Made by a program: the position numbers and the translations under genes
Notes under the pieces: generated by a model
Databases searched by the model: none
What the model was told of the DNA's origin: nothing
What the model saw: only the letters and a program-made list of their open reading frames with translations
Virus record (IMG/VR): IMGVR_UViG_2852667396_000001
Span: 2,060-66,059 of that record
Length of the DNA: 64,000 bases
Reading direction: 5' to 3' (one strand)
Source of the DNA: a virus
In this document: in pieces, positions 57,651 through 64,000 of the stretch
Layout of the letters: every line of letters begins with the position of its first letter
Numbering within the stretch: the first letter of the stretch is position 1

Positions 57651-57967
57651 GCGAAATAAAAACGATCTCCCGCGTCCTGGGCCAGGCGGCCGACGGCTCG
57701 CTGTGGTTCTTCTGCAATGGCTGCGATCTTCCGCATAGCCTGAATGTTGGAACTGGCCCTGGCCCAAGCTGGGGCTACAACGGTAATGCCGAGGCGCCAA
57801 CTTTCACGCCTTCTGTGCTATCGCGCTATGGGATGCATGGAAAGGATGTGGTCTGCCACTCATTCGTCACCGATGGTCGAATCCAGTACCTGGACGACTG
57901 CACGCATGCTCTGGCTGGTCAAACTGTCGATCTGCCGAATTGGGAGGAGTCATGGGCGAATTGGTAG
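57647..57967 (+). CDS. Cys/His-rich protein (DUF6527-like)
   Basis: PTFTPSV, CHSFVTDGRIQYL.DCTH. Confidence 0.75.
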   Translation: MSEIKTISRVLGQAADGSLWFFCNGCDLPHSLNVGTGPGPSWGYNGNAEAPTFTPSVLSRYGMHGKDVVCHSFVTDGRIQYLDDCTHALAGQTVDLPNWEESWANW

Positions 57968-58479
57968 CGCAGTACAAGGTCGCGCTGATCCTATTTTCGT
58001 GCCTGCTGCTGATCGGCATTGGTGCTGCCGGCGCCTGGCAGGTGCAGGAATGGCGGATGGGCAAGCAGCTCGCCGAGCAGGCGGGCCTGTACAAGGATGA
58101 CCTGTCGTTGATCGGTGCCGCCGCCGCCAAGCAGGCACGAGACGAAACCGAAAAGCGCCTGGCCCTGGAGCAAAAGCTCGCCGGCCAAGACCAACAACAC
58201 ACCAAGGAATTATCCGATGCCCAGCGCAACCAGGCTCGCCTACGTGATCAGCTTGCTACTGCTGATGTCCGGCTGTCAGTCCTCCTCGAGGATCCAGCCA
58301 GTGGCTGCAACGTGCCTGCCTCCACCGGCGCCGCCGGCGTGGTTTATGCAGCCCGTCGAGCCCAACTTGACCCAGCGCATGCTCAACGAATTATCGCCAT
58401 CACCGATACCGGCGACCAAGGACTGATCGCGCTGCGGGCCTGCCAGGCGTACGTCATGGCAATCGTTCCTCAGCGTTAA
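57952..58479 (+). CDS. i-spanin (Rz)
   Basis: N-terminal TM, coiled coil, ALRACQAYV. Confidence 0.88.
   Translation: MGELVAQYKVALILFSCLLLIGIGAAGAWQVQEWRMGKQLAEQAGLYKDDLSLIGAAAAKQARDETEKRLALEQKLAGQDQQHTKELSDAQRNQARLRDQLATADVRLSVLLEDPASGCNVPASTGAAGVVYAARRAQLDPAHAQRIIAITDTGDQGLIALRACQAYVMAIVPQR
58217..58426 (+). CDS. o-spanin (Rz1), embedded in Rz
   Basis: Lipobox MSGC, Pro-rich, alternative frame inside Rz. Confidence 0.8.
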   Translation: MPSATRLAYVISLLLLMSGCQSSSRIQPVAATCLPPPAPPAWFMQPVEPNLTQRMLNELSPSPIPATKD

Positions 58480-58482
58480 GAG

Positions 58483-58737
58483 TCAATCAACAACCCAGAT
58501 CGTTGCCATGGAAATCAAAGAGAACAATGAGCCAAGGATAAAGGTGAGCTGGCCCACTGTCGAACAGGATGAGGCCAAATTTTCCTTATAAAACCTCTTT
58601 ATATGGGAGTCAGCCAATCCGCACTCTCTAAAAAATTTGGCTTCCTTAAACAATTTCGCCGCTACAAGAAAAATTGAGATTAGAAGCGCTATTTTGAAAG
58701 AAAGGATAAGCCCGATTGTGTACATACGACGTTCCAT
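58483..58737 (-). CDS. Two-TM membrane moron
   Basis: Very AT-rich; lies between duplicated spanin ends. Confidence 0.65.
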   Translation of the reverse strand: MERRMYTIGLILSFKIALLISIFLVAAKLFKEAKFFRECGLADSHIKRFYKENLASSCSTVGQLTFILGSLFSLISMATIWVVD

Positions 58738-58929
58738 TCGTTTTATTTAACCAGGCGCACAATCTGTAGTGCGTGTCATCATTCCGTCATGATATCAGAC
58801 GGAGTTAGCCTTACGCACTATGTGGTCTTATTAGGATTCAATCAGGGCGTAGACCGCGATCTGGTCCGAAGATGTCCTGAGTTTGTGTTCATCGGCAGGA
58901 TGCCGGGGAGGGTGGTTTGCTGTCTAAGA

Positions 58930-59216
58930 ACCAACAACACATCAAGGAATCATCCGATGCCCAGCGCAACCAGGCTCTCCTGCGTGACCGTCTTGTTACC
59001 GATGGTGTCCGGCTGTCAGTCCTTCTCGCCGAGGATCCAACCAGAGGCTGCAACGTGCCTGCCACCCCCGGCGCCGTCGGCGTGGTTCATGCAGCCCGTC
59101 GAGCCCAACTTGACCCAGCGCATGCTCAACGAATTATCACCATCACCGACGACGGGGATAACGCCGTGATCGCGCTGCGGGCGTGCCAGGCTTACGTCAT
59201 GGCTGTGGCTCGGTAA
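58930..59216 (+). pseudogene. Duplicated 3' half of Rz containing a second o-spanin ORF (58957-59169)
   Basis: Near-copy of ~58190-58470. Confidence 0.8.
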
Positions 59217-59550
59217 TCTTCTTCAGCTCTGCCAGCAATCGTTGATTCTCCCTGAGAAGGTAGTCGCGCTGTTCGGCCACGAGCTTGATGCTGAGTATGC
59301 TGGGTGGTGATCCGGCCTGCTTCAATTCTTCGAGCTCCTGCCGCGCAACCTTCAGTGCTTCCTCTGCGCATGCCTTGCCGGTGGCCAGCACGTCGTTCAT
59401 CTGAACCAAGCCGGCGATGTTCAGCCTCGATTTGCGCAGTAGCGCCTGGGTCTCCGTGAGTTCGTCCTCGAGCAGCGCGCACTGGTGCTTGTACATTTCC
59501 AGCGGCGTCGGGCATCCGAGCCACTTGCAGGTGTCTTCATCGATGTTCAT
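59197..59550 (-). CDS. Coiled-coil protein, probably SOS-regulated
   Basis: WLGCPTPLEMYKHQC; LexA box upstream. Confidence 0.75.
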   Translation of the reverse strand: MNIDEDTCKWLGCPTPLEMYKHQCALLEDELTETQALLRKSRLNIAGLVQMNDVLATGKACAEEALKVARQELEELKQAGSPPSILSIKLVAEQRDYLLRENQRLLAELKKITEPQP

Positions 59551-59565
59551 GGTGGTGCGCTCAAA

Positions 59566-59585
59566 TACTGTATGTGTATACAGTA
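59566..59585. promoter_or_regulatory. LexA (SOS) box
   Basis: TACTGTATGTGTATACAGTA. Confidence 0.85.
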
Positions 59586-59631
59586 ATCGAGGTTTGCCGG
59601 TTGGGCGATTTGAGGCGACGAGCTGTAGGAT

Positions 59632-59841
59632 TTACTCCGGCGCCATGAGCACTGCCAGGGTAAGTTTTATGAACTCTTCGTTCTCGTCGATGGTGTGCAG
59701 AGCGCCCCGGATATTCTCGGCTACATCTGCGGAGCCGCGCTGCTCGACCCAATTCGACAACTCCATGATGGAGGCTTCCAGGGCCAGCTGGTTTTCGTAG
59801 AGTTTGGAGAGTAGGGACGGGAGTAGGTCTGTATTCGGCAT
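59632..59841 (-). CDS. Hypothetical helical protein, paralog of 16956-17174
   Basis: YENQLALEASIMELS. Confidence 0.75.
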   Translation of the reverse strand: MPNTDLLPSLLSKLYENQLALEASIMELSNWVEQRGSADVAENIRGALHTIDENEEFIKLTLAVLMAPE

Positions 59842-59959
59842 GTCTGTTCCTCCTTGGGGTGAACAGCTTAGCAGCGGGCTTAATCTTGGGATTTGATTTA
59901 GTCGGCAGGACGCCGCGAGGGGGGGGTATGCAGTTTCGGCATGGGATAAAATTTTCCCG

Positions 59960-60102
59960 TTGGGACCAGTCTTGGGACCAACGGGTGCATTTCGGTGCTT
60001 TATTGCTGATTACTTATGACGACTTGGCTCAGTAAACACTGATCAACAGTAATCATCAGAATGCGTTTCATACCGCATGGTGATGTTAGCTGTGGAGATC
60101 AA
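59960..60102 (-). other. Right attachment junction: arm-type repeats plus 5' end of ABC-F ATPase (ybiT-like) gene
   Basis: TTGGGACCA twice (59960, 59972); minus strand TTG ATC TCC ACA GCT AAC ATC ACC ATG = MISTANITM, then divergence. Confidence 0.7.
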
Positions 60103-60529
60103 TTACTTTACCTATCAATGGGTTGCGAGCGTGGCGGCAGGAGCCTTCAGGCATGCATCAACAGCGACATCAAGGCGCGAAACCCGGTCGCTGAGCAAAA
60201 AATGGGGGATGTGTGTTGGAATTTGGCGCGCATTGTCGCATATGTGAGGCGACAGTTGTATGGCGGCCGACGAGGGATATTCAGCGCTCTGAATGTGGCA
60301 AGCCATTGCTGGTGCAGGTCGGATGCCTGCTTGACGTACTCCGAGCTCGTTGGCGGCGGGAAAATGGAAGGTGTTTCCAGCACCTGACCTTTGCTTTTTT
60401 TCCGGCGCTCAGCTTATTTCCCTGGCGAATAGAGGGCTTGCAGGGGGCTATCATTCAACAAAACGAAGCGCTCAATAAATCGTATTGGGCCAGTGATCGT
60501 GCTCGTACATCTTCGCTATCTGGTCTGCT

Positions 60530-61470
60530 TATTCCAGCGTGAAGGGGTCAACCTCCTTTTTGTTGCGATTGGGTAGGGGGGCGTTTCACTGCGCCGGCTG
60601 CCGTTCCACATAAAGCGGATGCGGATCGATCCGTCGTTGAGTTGTTCTGCTGCTGACATGTGTGGTCCTGGCCGCGCGTGGTGGCGGAGAGTAGCCCACC
60701 GGTTTCCGGCAGGCTTATTCAGAGGGGAAAGGGCTACATCAAGGAGGCAACATGCCCCTGCGGTTTGCTGCCGCATATCCTGTCGCGTTTTAAGATTGAT
60801 GAAGCCCAGCCGAAGCAATGGCGCGCCGGTGATGACCAGTTTTGTGACTGTCGAGCGCTCGACCTTTAGCGGCGCGGCGATGTGGTTTTCTGTAGGCATG
60901 AGGAGTCCTTTCCGGGCCATGCCCGGCGGTGGAGTAGATTGATTTGAACTGCTGATTCCATCAGGTGCCGAAACAGCTACCACCCAGAGGACATAGCGAT
61001 GACTAAAGAAAAGAAGAAAGAGCCCGAGCAGGAAACCCCGGCGCACTCCACCGAGGAAGAGCGCGAACGCTTGAAGGACTTCAACAAGGACGGAATTCCG
61101 CCTGGTTCAAGCTGATCGTCAAGCAGCGCGTGATTGGCGCTGTTCTGTTCGCCGTGCCGTCCTGACCTGGGCCATTCCTCAGGTTGCCGGTGCCGAGGGC
61201 AAGCGCTCCGCTGCGGTGCTGCCGGCTGCCTGTTACGACATCACCAATTGGGATAATGATGGCAAGCCGGAGTCGACCCGGTACTGGTGGCGCTCAGGGA
61301 TCCGCAAGACATTGGATGACCAAGTGAACGAGGCGCTCACTGCCGCTCAGGAACTGCTCGACGCAGAGGGATTAATCGAAGGTTGCGCGGCGTAGCAAAA
61401 AGCCGTTGCAACGAGTGAGAAAGTGAGAGAAAGATTTATCCATCCTGTCAATCTTGCGCATAAGGGATTG
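60530..61470. pseudogene. Mosaic remnant of another prophage (integrase arm fragment, MPTEN gene start, Q 3' end and pR')
   Basis: GSIRIRFMWNGSRRSET; similarity to 2270-2320 and 26740-27047. Confidence 0.7.
60999..61115 (+). CDS. 38-aa charged peptide
   Basis: GAGGA RBS; MTKEKKKEPEQ...DFNKDGIPPGSS. Confidence 0.5.
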   Translation: MTKEKKKEPEQETPAHSTEEERERLKDFNKDGIPPGSS

Positions 61471-61594
61471 ATATTAGAGAGCCTCGTCACTGGACGGTTT
61501 TTTTTCGTCCGCTCGTCGAGGCAGAAGCACTTTCTGTCTAATTAATCCCTCCCAGTTATACGCGCAACCCCGCGCTACAGACAGGAGATGATTT

Positions 61595-61810
61595 ATGGTG
61601 GATGACAATAATGGTCCTGCAGCGGCATATCCGGGACCAAAAGAGGAAGTGCCTGAGACGGGCGAAGGTCATGACTCCGGTCTTGAGCAAGCTGAGTCCG
61701 AGCCCAAGCAGGGTACTGGTGAGAGTCCAGAGGATTGGAATCCGCCGCCTGGAAACCCAGGATCGGATCAGGACGCTCAGAATGATCGCAGCAACGGCGG
61801 CGCTAAGTAG
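61595..61810 (+). CDS. Acidic, probably disordered small protein
   Basis: AGGAG RBS; terminator downstream. Confidence 0.65.
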   Translation: MVDDNNGPAAAYPGPKEEVPETGEGHDSGLEQAESEPKQGTGESPEDWNPPPGNPGSDQDAQNDRSNGGAK

Positions 61811-61875
61811 TCTTCAGCGGTTAAAAGTTAAAACACAGAGCCCGGCCATCGGCGGGGCTTTTTGTGTCCGATTAG

Positions 61876-63504
61876 CTATAGGCGAAATTGGTTAACCATT
61901 CGGTTCAGTTCAGCCGCCAGCTTCGACAGTTCCGAACTGGCTAACGCGGTCTGGTTTGATCCTTCAGAGGCCTGGCTCGACAAATCGCGGATACTGACCA
62001 GGCTTCGATCCACTTCCCGGGCTACTTGAGCTTGCTCCTCGGATGCTGTGGCAATCAGCACGTTGCGTTCCGTGATGTCGTCAATGGTTTCGGTAATTTC
62101 CACCAATGCCGAGCCAGCGCCACGCGCTGTGTCGAGTGTTTTTTGTGCTTGGATGTTGGTATTGCTCATTGCAGAAACGGCGGCTCCAGTGCCTTTCTGA
62201 ATGGACGTGATCATCTGTTCGATCTCGCTGGTTGAAGTTTGCGTTCTATGCGCGAGCGCTCGGACTTCATCGGCTACCACAGCGAATCCGCGGCCTGCTT
62301 CTCCTGCCCGGGCGGCTTCGATTGCAGCGTTGAGTGCAAGCAAATTAGTCTGTTCGGCGATGGCCCTGATGACGTCCAGAACCTTACTGATGTCGGTAGC
62401 CATCACCGCGAGTCCTTGAACCTCATTGGATGCGTCTCCCACGCTTGAGACCATCAGGCTAATCGCTTCGACGGTTTCATCCACCCGTGCGCGGCCGGCT
62501 ACAGCCGCCGAATTGGAGCGTGTAGCGGCCTCAGATGCCGCAGAGGCATTTCGGGCGACTTCTTCAACTGCAGCGCTCATCTCGGTAACAGCCGTAGCGG
62601 CCATTTCCACCTCGTGGCTCTGTTGCTGCATGTCGGTATTCGCGTTTTCAGTTACGGCATGCATTTCCTCGGATGTTGATGCCAGCTGGCTGGATGAGTC
62701 GGATATCGACAGAAGCGTGGTTCGCAAGTTGGCCTGCATCGCTTTCAACGCCTGCATCAGCCGCGCTACTTCGTCGGTGCCTTGCACATCGATCACTTCG
62801 CTAAGGTCGTTTTTCGCAATCCGCTCAGCGATGGCCAATGACCGATTCACCGGGGTGGTGAGGCTTCGGGTGTACATGAAAGCAAGGACGATCGCAGCCA
62901 GCGTACTCACCAAAATGAAACCGCCGACGATCAGTTTGCTTTGTTCATAAATACGCGTTGCATCTTTGCCAGCATTCATTGCTTTATTGTTATTGAGTTC
63001 GGTCAGGTTCTGAAGAACGGTGTTTACGCCATCCGCCTCAAACTTCATTACCTCGCTGGACAGCTTGACTGCATCCTCGAATTTTCCGGCACCTGTAAGG
63101 GCCAAATATTGCTCCTGAACGACCTCATACGTGCTGTAATCTTTCGCCAATTCCCCGATAAGCTGTTTGCCCTTAGCCGTTACGATGAGCGGTTGGAGTT
63201 TCTGAATAAGATCCTTAAAACTTCCGCGCGATGTTTGGACCTCTACAAGCGCTTGAGCTCTGCGCTCGGCAGGCTCAATAGGGTTACGCAATCTCGAATT
63301 ATTATTTCGAATGCTTAAAAACTCGCGGTCCATCTTGGCGAGTATCGAAATGCTGGGCACCACGTTGTTTTCTACAAACTTTTCAGCGTCGTTCAAGCTT
63401 GATGCCTGGATGAGAGCTACCACTCCCAACCCAATAATCATCGAGCAAAAAAAACCAAAGCTAAGTGCGGAGCGTGGGGCGATATTGAGTTTGCGCAGAA
63501 TCAT
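61876..63504 (-). CDS. Methyl-accepting chemotaxis protein (4HB-HAMP-signalling)
   Basis: [34 protein letters not shown]; two TM segments. Confidence 0.95.
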   Translation of the reverse strand: MILRKLNIAPRSALSFGFFCSMIIGLGVVALIQASSLNDAEKFVENNVVPSISILAKMDREFLSIRNNNSRLRNPIEPAERRAQALVEVQTSRGSFKDLIQKLQPLIVTAKGKQLIGELAKDYSTYEVVQEQYLALTGAGKFEDAVKLSSEVMKFEADGVNTVLQNLTELNNNKAMNAGKDATRIYEQSKLIVGGFILVSTLAAIVLAFMYTRSLTTPVNRSLAIAERIAKNDLSEVIDVQGTDEVARLMQALKAMQANLRTTLLSISDSSSQLASTSEEMHAVTENANTDMQQQSHEVEMAATAVTEMSAAVEEVARNASAASEAATRSNSAAVAGRARVDETVEAISLMVSSVGDASNEVQGLAVMATDISKVLDVIRAIAEQTNLLALNAAIEAARAGEAGRGFAVVADEVRALAHRTQTSTSEIEQMITSIQKGTGAAVSAMSNTNIQAQKTLDTARGAGSALVEITETIDDITERNVLIATASEEQAQVAREVDRSLVSIRDLSSQASEGSNQTALASSELSKLAAELNRMVNQFRL

Positions 63505-63639
63505 ACTGATACCTCTTCATGATCCCATTCTATCGGCAGCAAACTGAGCAGCAGCCCGTTCATCGCTGCTACGCATTCTATTGCTACGAGTACGACGGCA
63601 TTTGCACCTGTTTCTAGCGTCTGCATATGCAGACGCTTT

Positions 63640-63910
63640 TCTTTGCCGGTTCCTTTCGACGGACGCGACCGACCGAGCCATGGACAGCGCCGATATCGGC
63701 ACGTTGAAGCGCCTGAACGGACTGCTGAACCAGGAACGCGCAGCCAGTAAAGAGGCCGAGTCCCGCGCCGATCAGTTCGCCAAGGAACGCAACGACCTTG
63801 CCGCCGCAGTAGGCCGCATGGAAGGAAAAATCGAAGCCCTCACCAGTCAGGTGGGCCAGCTCACCGAGCGCGTCACAGAGCAGAGCGAAGAGATTCACCG
63901 CCTGTTGTTG
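63640..63910 (+). pseudogene. Fragment of a phage coiled-coil protein gene
   Basis: RFLSTDATDRAMDSADIGTLKRLNGLL resembles a Pseudomonas prophage late-region protein; lacks normal N-terminus. Confidence 0.45.
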
Positions 63911-64000
63911 GATCAATCCGAAGCTGGTGAGGGTTCTTGCTTCGGCTTGCTCTTGCTGAGAACGAACCACACAGCTAAACAGATGAGCCCGCCGCCGTAG

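Larger units (their letters stand above)
1..60102. mobile_element. Lambdoid temperate prophage (siphovirus-like); left end and integrase outside the window
   Basis: Canonical lambdoid gene order: recombination, cI/cro, replication, nin, Q, terminase, head, tail, lysis; att-like junction at ~60075-60102. Confidence 0.95.

Noticed and set aside
28872-58479. Split lysis module (holin far from endolysin and spanins)
   Set aside because: Common arrangement in Pseudomonas prophages.
60516-61046. 176-aa ORF as a functional integrase or gene
   Set aside because: Chimeric read-through of unrelated fragments; no catalytic domain.

Overview
About 60.1 kb of this window (1 to ~60102) is a largely intact lambdoid, long non-contractile-tailed temperate prophage in a fluorescent-Pseudomonas-type genome. 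Its left end and integrase lie outside the window. In order, it contains a leftward early operon (methyltransferases, PAPS-reductase-like protein, YejK, Gp157, Sak/Rad52-like annealase, GHKL ATPase), pL with boxA, and an unusually large (~5 kb) accessory block between pL and cI. Then come cI/cro/cII-like genes, Rha, replication genes with iterons, ninB/ninG, Q, a com-llpA bacteriocin cassette, holin, terminase, head and lambda-like tail genes, and the endolysin and spanins. The right att site falls in the first codons of an ABC-F ATPase (ybiT-like) gene. Beyond it are patchwork remnants of another prophage and a methyl-accepting chemotaxis protein gene. The best candidates for undescribed biology are: (1) two paralogous ~50-nt small-RNA units in the immunity region, each with an identically spaced direct-repeat box, -10 element, 5' anti-Shine-Dalgarno seed and terminator; (2) a RhuM + PD-(D/E)XK two-gene operon at the rexAB-equivalent position; (3) large, densely paired non-coding RNA candidates in the late leader and the pL leader; (4) a repeat-delimited array of tiny morons that includes a type-I-toxin-like peptide. 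All family assignments come from motif recognition by eye; no searches were run.
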